Shown: one piece after another, positions 42,801-56,137 of the stretch
Numbering within the stretch: position 1 is the stretch's first letter
How the letters are laid out: the number at the start of each line of letters is the position of its first letter
NCBI GenBank assembly: GCA_951804945.1
Contig: OX638151.1
Location: 81,964,001-82,028,000 of the forward strand
Length of the DNA stretch: 64,000 nt
Source of the DNA: Podarcis cretensis
Lineage: Eukaryota
Reading direction: 5' to 3'
Notes under the pieces: model-generated
Told to the model about the DNA's origin: nothing
The model's database searches: none
The model's input: only the letters and a program-made list of their open reading frames with translations
Position numbers and translations under genes: made by a program

Positions 42801-45800
42801 ATCTGCTCAAGATCCCCAAACCAGAGTATATTTTGGAAGTAACTGGGGAGAGCGAAGGGCAAATTCCATTATTTGAGCAGAAGGATGTAATTGGGTACAA
42901 TCTATTGCCTTTAGTACATACCTTTTTTTAAATTATCCTAATAAAATTGTGATAATGAAGTATGTAATACTGTAAAGGTGAGGAAACTCTCAGTGACTTT
43001 TGAAGCAGCGATTTGTGTATCCATATCAGCTCTCAGCTTATTTTCATTTCAGATATAGCATAAATATATATTCTTTTTTCCTGTACCTGCAGGGTTTTTG
43101 TTGTTGTTTTTGCTTTCTGATTTTGAAAAAAATAACTTCCTTTTGAAACTTTCTCATTTGAAAGGAGAATGTCATATTGTATGACTCCAAGATCACTTTG
43201 TTTTGTTTAGTAATAATGGATTGCACCCTAATCCTTTTCTTGGAGCTCTCCAAGGTGCTCCAGAAGCCCCTTCAGTATGCCCCCCCCAAGACATCAAAAG
43301 CATTTACATCCCAGTTGCATTTCTTGCCTCATTTCTCTTTGACATATTGCTTTCAGAATTATACTGCTTTGGGTTAGTAGACAGAACGCTGGACTTCAAC
43401 TAGACTTTGGTTCAAATCCCCCCACCTCACTCTTACTACAAAATTTGCTGGGTGATGATTCTGCAGTCACTCGTTCACATGGTGATTATAAGGAAAAAAT
43501 AAGTTAAGCCTGTGTGTACTTGGAGTTCCACAGAGGAAAAACAGAATTCAAGTGTTATTCCTTGTTTAGATTACTTCATTGGCTTTTCATAGTGGCTTTG
43601 TTTTTGTTTTTTTGCTACTATAAAATATCTTAATCTCTCTGATTTTACATTACAGTATTTCCTTAAAACGGTTCCAGTAATTATCTCATTCACATTGTCT
43701 CCCTTGTCCTTCCCCTCCTTGTTGCTGTTTGCATGGAATACCTTTGACGCTAGAATTGTCTGTTTCTCTGAACCTTTAATTTGGGGAACAGATTTTACAA
43801 GCTGAAGTCCTTGATATATACAGCTGTAATTTTGCCAAGTGCTAAATATGACCGCATCCTTTAACAGAATATATTTTTCCCTGTTACATGAAGTAATAAG
43901 AGACTCTGATGCAATTTAAATATTTGACAATCAGAAACATGTTGCAACCCTAAATTACATATGTTGAGCACTTTGAAAGTATACTGATAAGGGGGTTGTC
44001 TGCTATAAACTAAAGGCTGTTAGAAGAAAATTAAGCGGCTGCTGCCTAGGCTTGCTCTTGAGGATTATATGCAAGAACACTAAATGACTCAGCCTCAGGT
44101 GATATGGAGAAAGGGGTGATGTAATTGGTATGAAATACACATGACATCCTAGGGGAAACCCCGCCCCGCAAAGCTGCCTGGTTAAAGCTACTTCTATTAT
44201 TCTGTGCTGATAATTTGGCTCTTGTTTTTTTCCAAGTAACAGCAAAGGAAGGAAGGATTAGGTTGATAGTACAAAGTTGATTCTTCTAAGTATATATGAA
44301 TGCGGAAAAACAGAGTTTGTATATCAGCAAAGATGGAGATTCGTTTTAGATGGCGTGGTGGGTTAAAAAAAAGAATTACTGGGTATTCAACCATAGCCTG
44401 TTTATTTTTCGCAGCATCCCCTGGTGCAACCTGAAACCGACAAGACTGCCTTATTAATAGTGCCTCATTTAAATGTCTGCTGTCTCTTTCCCTCATTTCA
44501 TCTTAAGGCTGCAGGCCTCATTCATGGCTGCAGCAACAGCCAATGTTTTTTCCCCTGCTCTGTTTTGTTTACTATCCACCCAGCCTGAAGGTGGATGGAG
44601 AATGGAAAGCCTGCATGCTATTTTGTAGCATTTTGTTTGGTTTAACAAGGCTGGTTTTGGAATTGTATTTATAAGTGTTTGTTTGAAATGAGAGATTAGC
44701 AAAATGAGAGATTCTGGAGTAGAAAAACACTTTTTGCTTTGGAAGCTTTCAAACAATATTGTCAACTTGTTATTACCACTGTTACAGGAATTCTAAGGTC
44801 TCATATATATTGTATAAATCATATGTTCATAGGAAGGAAATGGGAAAACCCTCCCCATTGTCTCTTTGTTCACATATTCTGTCTTAAGGGCGTATCTGCA
44901 TATGAATAGTGTGAGCCTGTGACCTGGATTCAGGAACTAAATGTTTACCATCACAAAAGAATGGCCAGGATGCCCAGGTAAAAGCAATCAGTGAGCATTA
45001 TCAGGTCAGACAGGTTTTCTGCTGTAGACTGCCCCTTCAGTGTTGTATGTATGATGTTTTTTGGGGGGTGTGGTCTTGAGCTACAGGGGAGGCAATTTTA
45101 AAATTTCTTTTTTTTTTAAGAATAATTTTGTATTAACCGACCAATCACATCAAATCAAACGAAATTACATAAATTCCAAATTACACAGCCGAATTTTAAA
45201 TTTTTGTTGGGGGTACCCATATTTCAAGTTCCGAAGGGGATCCAATCAACTTCTTGCTTCTTGCTGCTGTTTTAATAATTTTCAAATTTCTATATAAAAG
45301 CTTGCACACATTTCTTCTAGGTTCCTCTCCTTCCTCCCTGTGTGGGGTGAGCGGGGGACCCTGTTGCAACAGTTTAATAAAGATCATGCTTACTAGCTGC
45401 TTAGCTTCTCAATATTCTCGGGTTGGCCTCTGTTATTTTCTCCTACCGATAGAAAACCTACTTAAGGACTCTATATGGGCTCTTAGATACCTCATAAGGG
45501 AAAGGGAGCAGTATTTTTCTTATAACACCACATTGTGATACAGATATTCCCTCCCTAGAGGAAAGTATGGACATTATTTTATTATCTTCGGGATCTGCTT
45601 CTTGAAGCTCAAAGACAGAAATAAAACAATTTAGGATTTCTTTTTTTAAATAATGCCAAGCTGAAATCTTAACTGTAGCTAATTTAGATTTTTATGGGAG
45701 GTTGCCTTAGTAAATTGCATTTCATTGGAAAAGTATTTCCGTGTAGATATGTATCAGAACCTTAAACTGAGCAAGATGGGACAGAATATCCATTCAAGTA

Positions 45801-47099
45801 TGCTCAAGGGCTGGGTTTTCCTCTTTGTGTTCAGACAGAAGTGAAACTGCAAAGCTTGTGGATTATTGCTGGCATTTACGTAGTACTGGGAAAAGTCCTG
45901 ATTGCAACATTCATGCGTCATTCGAAGAGAGAAGCTCTATTGGCCTCACAGAATATATGCGATAGAGCAGCAGAAAATGGATTATCCGGAAACCAGCTTT
46001 GCTGGGGGGTACATCCTGCTGTTTTTAGTTTTTTTTTTCCATTAGAAAATATGCAGCAGGAAGGGGGGGAGGGAAAAGGAAATCTTTGACCCAGTTTCAG
46101 TTTTGAATGGAAGCAACATCATGCAAACACTCCAGGAGCCTTAATTTGCTTCTGTTTTGGAAATTCCTGATTTGGGAATGAGTGAGACAGTGGCACATAG
46201 TTAGGACATTTAACTATTCAGTGTACATTTATGAGATAGCTTATTTTGAGTCCTAAGATTAGACAAAATTAAGCAGTATGGGAAGGCATGTTGTAAGCTT
46301 GCTCCCTTCTCATGGGCAATTTTCCTCACATACTCCCCCAGCCAGAAACTATTTACTTCCTTATTCTTTTATGCAATATTGTAGCAGAGTTTTTCTTTCG
46401 TTTTCTTGTAATGTTTGTATGTTATGCTATCAAAAGCAGTGTAATCCCATTAGTACTTCTACATGGCTTGTGACAAATAGGGAAAAAAGCAAGGGAAATA
46501 AACAATACAGTAAGCCAACAATTTACACAGGGATTACATCCTGGGGTTCGCACCTAAAGCCAAAATTGTGTATAACCAAAACACATCAGATGCAATGGCG
46601 GGTGGAATTGCCAAAGTCTTTTTTTCCTCGACTCCCATCCCCTTATATATATTTTTAAACCAAGTGCGTAAAGCTGAATGTGTGCAAGTTAAACGTGCGT
46701 AAAGTTGCAGGCTTAATGTACATTGAAAGAAAATTTCATCTTAATTACAGAATACTGAAGCAGACATCTTGAATGTTTTTCTCACCTTGAGACAATTGGG
46801 ACCACAATTCAGTTCCAATAGTCTGTACAGTCCTCAAACTAGTAAGGTGATACATGATAGACTGGGGAAGCTCCATTTGTCCACTTAAATTGTTCATCAG
46901 CACACTTCCCTCTCACTTTCTTGAGCTGGGCCCAGGGATTTAGAGAGGAGTTGGGGATTTTCACTTGATCCTTTCTTGCCAGAGTGTATACTCCTCCACA
47001 AATTTCTCTTTTTAGTGTGGCGCCTGTAGTCTTGTTCTCGCAGCTGCCTCTTAATTTTCCTAACCTTGCCTCGAAGCGTTTATTCCTGTCTTCTGTTTG

Positions 47100-48550
47100 C
47101 ACAGTGGAAAAACTGCTGAAGACATCTGCCCCTTTATTTTGTATGTCTCAAAAGCACCTGGTATAAATGGCATCCACTCAAGATTTCTTAAAGAACTGAA
47201 ATGTGAAATTGCTGATCTTCTGACAAAAATATGTAACTTATCCCTAAGATCTGCTTTTGTGCCTGAGGACTGGAAAGCGGATGATGTAACATCTGTAAGG
47301 AAAGGGATCTGGAGCAGGATCTGGGAAATTACAGGCAGGTTAGCTTCTGTTTTGAGAAAACTGATGGAAAGAGTTATTAAAGATAACATGATCAAGCATG
47401 GTTCTTTAAGAACAAAGCCAGAAGAACCAGCATGGTTTCTGTAACAGTAAGTCTGATAACCCTTTAGAGATATTTAAGAGTATCAATAAGTACATAAATA
47501 GGGTGGTGCAGTAATCACAGTGTACTTGGACTTCCAAAAAACTTTTCATACAGTCATATTACCAAACACTTTTGAGTAAGTTTAGTGGTCATGGATAAGG
47601 GGACAGGTCATCTTACGGATTAGTTACTGATTAAAGAACAGGAAACAGAGAGTAAGGCTAAATTGACAGTTCTCACAATAGAGAGATGAAAGAAGTAGTT
47701 TTCCCCAAATATCTGTACTGGGACTTGTAGTTTTTAACATGTTCTTAAATGATGTAGAGTTAGGATGAGAAGTGAGGTGGCCAATTTGCTAATGACACTG
47801 AATTGTTCAGAGTGATTAAAACAAGGTTACAACATTTGGGTGCTTTTTAGTCTAGAAAAATTGTGAAGGACAGGAGCATTGACAAATATAGAAGATTGTG
47901 TATGGTGAGGAGAAAGCGGATTGGTCCTTTCTCATAGTATTAGAACCTGGGGCCATCTAATAAAACTGAACTTCGGAAGATGCAGAACAGATAAATCAAG
48001 CGCTTCTTCAAGCAGCAGATTATTAAAGCCGAATGTGCATAAGTTAAATTCTCATAAGTTGCGAGTTGCCTGTGCTTTCTAAGCAATTTCTGCAAAGTAA
48101 GAGTGGTGAGGATACCTTGTGTATATCCCCTGTTATTAGACAGCAACAGCATCTGTCTGTATGTCTGCATGTGTGTGATCTCCATTATCAGGACCAGCAG
48201 GACATAGCGGACTTTCCATGGTAAGCATAAGGTTGTGGGGGTGGGATGATGGTTTCTCTAATTTTGTTGTCTGCCATGCTTCTCCACTAGTCTGAAAAGC
48301 TTGGTGACTCCTGGGTTAGATAAATTTATGGAGGACAAGGCTATCGGTAGCTACTAGTCATGGTGGTGGTGTAAGAACTATCTCCAATATTATAGGCATC
48401 TGAATATAAGTTTCTCTGGGATACAAGGGAGCAGAATACAGTTCTGCTCATGTCCTGCTTGTGAGCTTCCCATAGGCCTCTAGTTGGCCAGTGTGAAAAC
48501 AGAATTCTGGACAAGAGGGGCCTCTGTCAGATCCAGGAGAACTGTTCTCA
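47100..48550 (+). mobile_element. Degenerate CR1 LINE (reverse transcriptase remnant plus 3' end), with internal deletions or interruption
   Basis: Peptide KAPGINGIHSRFLKELKCEIADLLTKICNLSLRSAFVPEDWK, then VYLDFQK-like DNA (GTGTACTTGGACTTCCAAAA). Frameshifts and stops throughout, with a CR1 tail at about 48310-48550. Confidence 0.85.
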
Positions 48551-49350
48551 CGGTAAAGGGAAGTGGCAGGCATTGTCCTCAATTGTTTACAGGCACACTG
48601 AGTCCACTGCAGACCCATAATGAAGTCACAATTGGTTTAGTTCTAATTCAGTCTCTGTGGATCCCTTAAAAGTGAAGAAACCAAGCTGATTCCCTTATTA
48701 TCTCTTATTGCAGGGCCGCTAATATTGGTGTTCCAACTCTTCTAATTGCCTCTCTTCTGTACAGTCTTACCTTGGGTTAAAAACGCTGCGAGTTGTGCAT
48801 TTTCGGGTTGCGGACTGTGCCAAACCCAGAAGTACTCATACTCACACATGCACTCACACATGCACAGAAGCTCAAAATGACACCATGTGCATGTGCAGAC
48901 GCAGCGCTTCAGGCTACAAACACTGTGGGTTGTGAATATGCCTCCTGCACGGATCATGTTCGCAACCAGAGGTATGACTATTTCCCCCAGTTCCACACTA
49001 ATCAGGCTCTCCAAAGACAGGAGAACTACTACTTTGCATATAACCTTTTTGCCTTCCTGTTTCTTTTACTTTCTGCACAGCAAATCTGGGTCTTTGAAGA
49101 CTTTGTCTCATGGTTCCTTATTAGGCAATTTGCTACTTTTAGTCTCGCTTCTCTATCACCACAATAACAATTAAGTAAATGGTCCAGGCAAGGCATGGGT
49201 GAGCTTGCCTTTGGAATATTAAACCCATCCTTTTCTGTGTTTTTCTGCAGCTGCTATTGAATTATTTTAGATTTGCATACTGTCACCTTTAGGCATTTAT
49301 TTATGAATAATTATTATAACTGCAGCTAAGTTGTGTTCATTACTGGCACT

Positions 49351-49723
49351 GGGACGTGGGTGGCGCTGTGGTCTAAATGACTGAGCCTCTTGGGCTTGCT
49401 GATCAGAAGGCCGGCAGTTTGAATCCCCATGATGGGGTGCGCTCCTGTTACTCTGTCCCAGCTCCTGCCAACCTAGCAGTTTGAAAGCATGCATGTGCAA
49501 GTAGATAAATAGGTATCGCTGCGGCGGGAAGGTAAACAGTGTTTCCATGCGCTCTGGCTTCCATCACGGTGTTCCATTGCACCAGAAGCAGCTTAGTCAT
49601 GCTGGACACATGACCTGGAAGGCTGTCTGTGGACAAACACCGGCTTCCTCAGCCTGTGAGATGAGTGCTGCAACCCCATAATCGCGTTTGACTGGACTTA
49701 ACCATCCAGGGGTCCTTTACCTT
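49351..49723 (+). mobile_element. Sauria SINE, full length
   Basis: Aligns by eye along its length with 32182-32550 and ends GGGGTCCTTTACCTT. Confidence 0.9.
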
Positions 49724-50455
49724 ATTACTCTCTGGCGCAAGGAAGCTAAGATTGGTCTGCATCAAATCCCTAAATTAAGCAAAGTTATCAAAGTCATTGA
49801 AATTCTGTCTGTCTACAACCGTTTCCAGTAAAGATCCCAAGAACAGTATTGCTAATTCCTCAAAATTAGACTTTTGGACCAAACACTTGTAGGACGTGCA
49901 TACATGTGTGCAGTGGTGCACTAGCAAATCTGGTAATAACACACTCTGTTGCTCTAAAACCAGATCTCTGCCTACCCTACCATTAGTCACAATGTATTGT
50001 CTTAGGGAATGGGATTGGGAGGCGTAGTGCAATGAGCAATGAGCTCCTCCTGTCCTGCTAGAATGACTGTACCATGACAGCTGTCCGAGCCCTCAGGCTC
50101 ACACTGCTGGGCTGTGAAACATGTATTTCAAACAAAACAGAAATCAAGAAGTGCAAGATGCTTGACAGGCACTCCATAACTGTCAAGAATCCAGAGAGAT
50201 TGAACAGCAACTGTGGCACCATACGAAGCAGCAGCCAACCATAGATTATAAAGGCCTCTCACAATTATAACCTGGCCAAGTCTTTGCCACAGGCTTGGCA
50301 AAGCTTTGGAAGGCCTGGGGTGGCTTCTTTGAGGAACCTGAGGTAAATAGCTGTTGCTAGCAGGGTGAAACATCAGCATCTGGCAGCAAAATAGCTTGGG
50401 CCAGTCCTGAATGTATTCCTAAGGAATGGAGACATGTGGATTGAAATATAGATAG

Positions 50456-50458
<3 letters not shown>

Positions 50459-50491
<33 letters not shown>

Positions 50492-50503
50492 ATATGTATG
50501 TGT
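50459..50503. repeat. (TG)n microsatellite
   Basis: Directly visible. A (CA)n run also occurs at about 1895-1920. Confidence 0.9.
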
Positions 50504-52539
50504 CACATTGTGCTGCCCTCCCTCAGTATTCGTACGTGAGGCCTTCTTTATTCCCACATAGCAGTCACATTTACTTTGGGCTGGCAGCTAATGCAGCTGA
50601 GCACATTATGTTCAAAACAGAACCACTGGGATCATAGGCCTCAGCCGTAATTTCTAGAATAGACATGAGCATGCTTTACACTTAGTTCCTTGGACAGCTG
50701 AACTGTGTTTAGGGAAGCAATGGTTGGGCCCGTTGCCAATGCCAACTGTTTCAAGGTCAGGCAGCTATCTTCTAGTGTCAACAAGGTCTGGAAAGTAGGT
50801 CACATTTCTGAAAGCAATAGTTCCATTGTTTACCTTCTTGAAGGCTGAGTTTTAGAGTCAACATAAATAGTACAAACACAATGTTTGCTCTTTCAATAAC
50901 CTCCTCTAGAGCATTTTATTTGTATAGCTTAATATTAATAGTTAAAGTCCTTTTAAAATTATTATTAAACCCCCACAGAATGCTAATAATTATTTTAACT
51001 TTTCCTGTTGCCTTATAAGTCTGATGTTCAGGGAATTTTCCCTTAAGGCTTCAGTTCAAATCATGCTTCTTCTTACATTATGGAGATACAGTTGTCCCCC
51101 TCATTACTGTACTGACTTTTTGTTGCTATCTAAAGACATTTCTTTACAAAGGCATTTGGTGTTGGAGACTGAAACCTGATACAGCATTTTGAAATCTGCT
51201 GATGAATCATTTGACAATTGTTTCTTTCCTTCCTGTTTTTAATATATTACGTGTTTATGGATTGTGCTTTATTCATACACCAATGAGATGAAGCTTTGCG
51301 ATTAATGTTGTGTGAGTATGCGAAATCTTTGCGCCACCTACTGACTGAAGGCTGCATTTAAATCAAACATTAAGGATCAGGGTATTTTTGTTTTGTTTTG
51401 TGTGCACGTAGACTTGACTCCAAAACAATGTGAACCCTGATCCAGCTAATGAACTATATTAGCAGTAGTTAAAATTAAAGACACACTTATTGTTTTAAAT
51501 TCCTATCCTGCCCTTCCTCCCAAAGGAGTCCAGGGTAGCAAACATAAAAAGTTAAAACTAAACAGTTATGAAGACACAGGAGACACCCGCTTTGGCCCCT
51601 CGCCCCTGAGATTATGCTTAATTTTTAATGGTTCCATGATTTTATAAAGCTTCCTTATGATTGGAGGATGATGGCTAATTTGAAGTTGAAGTATCAGTGT
51701 GGAATAAGGACGTTGTGTCTGAATTTCCGTGGGGTTGTATTTGTTTTTTTATGTATTCATAATGGATAATTGGTAGTTTTTTCAAAGTGGTATCAGTTTT
51801 AGCCCATGTGCCTTACAATGCCTGTTCTCTCCCACAATATAACATTGAGTTTGTGTGGCTGCCATTCAGCTGGTGGAAGCCAACCCCCCCCCCCTGCTGC
51901 ACTTAGGACTAACCCACATAGGAGTGGCATCACAGTGTCACCATCCTGACCATGGTGTGGTCACTGTTTACCTGAATGGTGCATAAGGCTGCATAAGCAC
52001 ATGGGGGAGAGTGCTGAATGGGCTCTACAGGTGCATCCCTGACCTCACCACCACCTTGTCTCGCCACTGCACCGCCCAGGCAAGTGACAGTAAATGCCAG
52101 TGCTTGGAAGATGGCTTTGAGGCACTGCCCCAGCACCTGCTCCTGAGCAGATCCCACCGTCAGCACTTTGCTGAGCACATAAATGCAATTTGTCTCAAAT
52201 TGTCTGAAAACGAGGATGTGTCTTAGAAAAAGGGGACACATGGTAACCCTGTTTTTATTTTTTTTTTAGCCTGGCCGTTTCTTGGTCTTCAGAAGGGGTT
52301 TCCCCAATGCTTTTGATGGCTCAAAAGTAATTTGAGTCTCTTGCAAAAGCCTAGACTGTTTCTCTGCCTTCCAGGCTTGCTAAAACAGTAAAAGTGAAAG
52401 CTGCACACAGGAGACAACGGAAAAGTCTACGATTTACTTTCAAACAGGTCTTCTTTGTGGGCATTATTTATTATTTTTTAAAACGCAACTTACATCTTAA
52501 ACGTGTCCTGTTAACACAATTGCATTGCCACAAGAAGCA

Positions 52540-53620
52540 GTCTAATATTGGATAGGGCGCCCATTTTTGGTGCGAGGAGCGAGACGATGTTAAGACGCAT
52601 CGCCTTCCAGCAAAGCTGGACGGGATCCAGTACTGTAGTTGCGTGCAAATTTAACTTAATCTATTAAAATAACATATGGCGCCACGGGACCTCCCTTTTT
52701 CCGCCGCCTCCCCAATCCTCTCTGCGGGGTTTGGGTGAGCTACGTTAAATCCCACTCTATATGTATTTTACAGAACAGTACAGTATAAACTTTATTAAAT
52801 TAAAACCCCTTGCTTGCAGAAACCATATTTTACTTGAAAACCCACCGCGTTACAGTAATAGAGTTAATAATGACTCCCCGCTCCTTCAAGCCTGAGGTAT
52901 TCCTCTGCATGTTTCGTACTTCTATGGGAAGAAGGGCGGTGTCTCCGCTTTGACAACGGCGCTGCCACAGAGAGGACGGGACACCCCTCTTTTCTTCCTA
53001 GAGTGGCCAGAGCAAGCCGCAAGCTCGATGGATCCCGGAAGCGGAACCGGCCGCTCTCGGCCGCGGGGCATTGTGGTCTGGCGGCTTCCGTGCGAAGTGG
53101 CTGGGACTGCTGCCGCCGCCGCCGCCGCCGCCGTCGCTGCTACTGGCGCGGGAGGGGGAGCTGTCAGGGAGTCCTGCCTCCCGGAGAAGCGAGGCGGCTG
53201 CGTGAGTCTTCCGGCCTCGAGGCCGCCATGTCTTTCAACAAGATCCCGCCGCGGTGGCTGAGCTGCCCGAGGCGCGGGCAGCCCGTGGCAGGTGAGCGGA
53301 GATCGGGGTGGCCGGTGAGGTGACGGCAGGGCGGGACAGGCGTCGCTTTCGCGCGCAGCAGCCGTGCCTCTCCCGGCCTCTGGACACTTGCGCCTGTCCT
53401 CCCGGCGCGCCGGTGCGATCGGTGGGTTGCAGGCAGGTAGAGGAGGACTTGTGCCCCGCTTGGTGCCTTGTTATCCTTGCCATGAGAGACTCGGCCTTCG
53501 CGGAGACAGGTCCTCGGGTTTATTCACGCTCCTCCAGTCCAAAGAGATAATTGTCACAGTCTCTCCTGGACAGACGCAGGTGCGCAGGTTACATGGGCTC
53601 CCCGTCCAGACACAGATCAC
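52540..53620 (+). promoter_or_regulatory. CpG island / RNGTT promoter and 5' UTR with a (GCC)n run at about 53112-53132
   Basis: CpG-dense, with ETS-like CCGGAAG motifs at about 53035 and 53201. Confidence 0.7.
53228..53291 (+). CDS. RNGTT: RNGTT (mRNA capping enzyme) coding exon 1 (MSFNKIPPRWLSCPRRGQPVA-G)
   Basis: GCCGCCATG Kozak start, 64 nt, G|GTGAGC donor. The N-terminus is characteristic of RNGTT. Confidence 0.95.
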
Positions 53621-53881
53621 GCAGCTTCCCCGTTTACGTAGGACTTGGGAGTCCCACAGGTGTATGAAAGCATTTACTCATCGTTCTGGATATGGTGGTA
53701 CTGCCAGGGTTTCAATTTGGTTTGTTTTGGTTAGTTTTAAACCGAAACGAAATCTTGCAAACTCCGCTACAGTTCTCATGAAAGCATTTTGACAAAGATT
53801 CAGGCCGACGGTCGCACATGTTTATATGACTCCATAGGTGTGCTGTAAGACGTAAGATTTTTTGATTTTGTTGCCACACAG

Positions 53882-53991
53882 GGAAGTTTTTGCCCCTGAA
53901 GACAATGTTGGGACCAAAATATGATGATCAAGTTGCTGAAGAGTATCGTTTCCACCCCAGTATGTTATCAAACTACTTGAAAAGTCTTAAG
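53882..53991 (+). CDS. RNGTT: RNGTT coding exon 2 ([36 protein letters not shown])
   Basis: CACAG acceptor and AAG|GTAAAG donor, 110 nt, in frame. Confidence 0.95.
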
Positions 53992-54280
53992 GTAAAGAAT
54001 AAAACCAAAGAAGTGTTTCCTTCACTGCATAAACATTTGATTCCCCCTTCCCTTTGATAAGTATAATAATAGAAGATTGTACATAATGGCTGTTTGGGAC
54101 AGTGGTAGTGGGAAATCACAATTGCGGAGGGAAGATGTACAGATAGAAATAAGCCACTTTCTCTACAGAATCACTATCCTTTTGCACTGGTGAAACATTA
54201 TACATTAACTGTATAAACTCTGTAAGCGTATGTGCAACAGCACATCAGAGGAAAAGTGCCCAGCGTGCTTCCATAGCATA

Positions 54281-54347
54281 TGTTGTTGTTTAGTCGTTTT
54301 GTCGTGTCCGACTCTTCGTGACCCCGTGGACCAGAGCACGCCAGGCA
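54281..54347 (-). mobile_element. Single 5'-truncated Bov-B 3' tail
   Basis: Same sequence as the array unit at 17125-17633, flanked by GCATATGT / GCATATATGT (probable target duplication). Confidence 0.8.
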
Positions 54348-54851
54348 TATATGTAGCCTCAAATTCATATTTAGATTTGGCTATGCAATTGTTTCTTTCC
54401 TTTTTATTATTATTGTTGCCTGGTAGCCTGGGGCTATAAATCCACTTTACTACTGTCTACACTCAAAGTGGATGTCTACATTTTTTAACCAAAAGAATTG
54501 CTAGTTTGAGAGGAGTGAGGCAAGGTCTGTTAGATGTGCAGAGGATATGCATGCTGAAGATAACAAACAGAAGGTAAATAAACTAACTTTTGAGGCAAAA
54601 GTAAAAAAAATAACAATATGCGCACAAACTTAGGAGACTGTTTTTGGGATGAGCTTCTCTATCACACAGTATGCTGTGGTGGTGGAGACTGCTAAAAACA
54701 CTTTTATCAACAGCAGCATTAAGGAGTTGGAGAAGGGTTGAGACAGTGTGGAGTGGTCGATAAGTTCTTTTTTGGCGGCGGCAGCGGGGCGGGGGAAGTT
54801 AGTCCTGGGAAGAACTGTGTGTGCCTTAAACACTGGTTTTATTATTTCCAG

Positions 54852-54955
54852 GTTAAGATGGGTCTGCTGATAGACTTGACAAACACCACTAGGTTCTATG
54901 ACAGGAGTGATATAGAGAAGGATGGGATCACATATATAAAACTTCAGTGTAAAGG
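54852..54955 (+). CDS. RNGTT: RNGTT coding exon 3 ([35 protein letters not shown])
   Basis: TTCCAG acceptor and GG|GTAAGT donor, 104 nt. Confidence 0.95.
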
Positions 54956-55034
54956 GTAAGTTGATTGAATTCACAAGTATTTGCTTTTACACAAGAGGAG
55001 TGTTTCTATAACTTTGACTGTTTTGTTTTGCCAG

Positions 55035-55123
55035 GCATGGTGAATGCCCCACAGCTGATAACACAGAAACATTCATTCGTATATGTGAACATTTTAGTAA
55101 TAAGAACCCAACAGAACTTATAG
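55035..55123 (+). CDS. RNGTT: RNGTT coding exon 4 ([30 protein letters not shown])
   Basis: GCCAG acceptor and G|GTACGT donor, 89 nt, after a 79-nt intron. Confidence 0.95.
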
Positions 55124-55404
55124 GTACGTGTTTAATATTTCTGTTTTTGCCATTCTTCTGCCTTGTTTTTCTCTCTTTTCACACAACACCCTTCCAGTCC
55201 TTTCCCCACCATATGCCAGTTTTATTTGGGAGTGAGCATTTCCCATGGTAGTAGCGTGGTCAGTAGTACTTATGGGGTGGGCGAGTTATTTAGTACACCT
55301 ATGTTATGTTCCAGGTAAAAGACCCACCTCCCTTTAAAGGCAGTAAATTAATTTGGCCAGCATCACACAACTGGGACAGAATAAAATAGGTGTTAGTCAA
55401 CTAT

Positions 55405-55487
55405 GTTTTACTCAGAGTAAACCTATTGAAATTAATGGGCCTAACAATCGTGCTCATTAATTTCAGTGGGTCTGCTCTGAGTAAAAC
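55405..55487. repeat. Short palindromic interspersed repeat (best-preserved copy of a family scattered across the window)
   Basis: 33-nt arms are 29/33 complementary: GTTTTACTCAGAGTAAACCTATTGAAATTAATG / CATTAATTTCAGTGGGTCTGCTCTGAGTAAAAC. Confidence 0.75.
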
Positions 55488-55670
55488 TTGGGTGAATCCC
55501 ACACTTTGAGAAAAATACAGTTGTTATTACTGGTAATGTATGTACAGGCCTGAATGTCTAGTTGGGTATATCTAATTTTGAAGTTTACCTAATTAATTTC
55601 TACAGTGTAGTATTAGCCCTATTGGCTACATTACATGGTAGTCTCTATAAAGCATAGGCATTGTATAAAG

Positions 55671-56137
55671 CAGTGGTTCCAAACTTGTGGTTGTCTGCAG
55701 AACCCACCCAGGGGGTTCATGGCACCATTCACATAATAAAAAACGACCATAGTGATATCAACATTTTCAAAAGTAGGGGATCTATGGCTTGGTGTTGTGA
55801 CCTGCAGAGCCGGAGGGCTCACAGACATTCGAATTTTGCAGAAGAACCAAGGAAGAAGCCTAAAACACCAGAGTGATCAGTTCTAGTATTTTATTAAAGA
55901 GAAAGGAATAGACCTCCAGAACAAATTAAGCTCTTAACCTGAGGTACCACTGTACTATATCCAGGCTGGCCAATTAGTGAATATCAAAATGAGCTGTGTA
56001 TGAGCTCAGTGCTACAGCTACTAACAATCAAGGATGGGGTCACCTTGACTACCAATATGGCATAAGCAGGGCTTTCGGAGCACTCCACCTTTGGTTCAAC
56101 ACCAAGTCCGCAGTACTTAGCTAATTGGGAACCACTG
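55671..56137. mobile_element. hAT-superfamily MITE related to 21035-21336
   Basis: Termini CAGTGGTTCC ... GGAACCACTG and an 8-bp target duplication GTATAAAG / GCATAAAG (7/8). Confidence 0.8.

Noticed and set aside
45100-45600. Possible minus-strand L1/Tx1-like 3' end beginning at a poly-T run
   Set aside because: I could not recognise a protein remnant or target duplication, so it is too uncertain to call.
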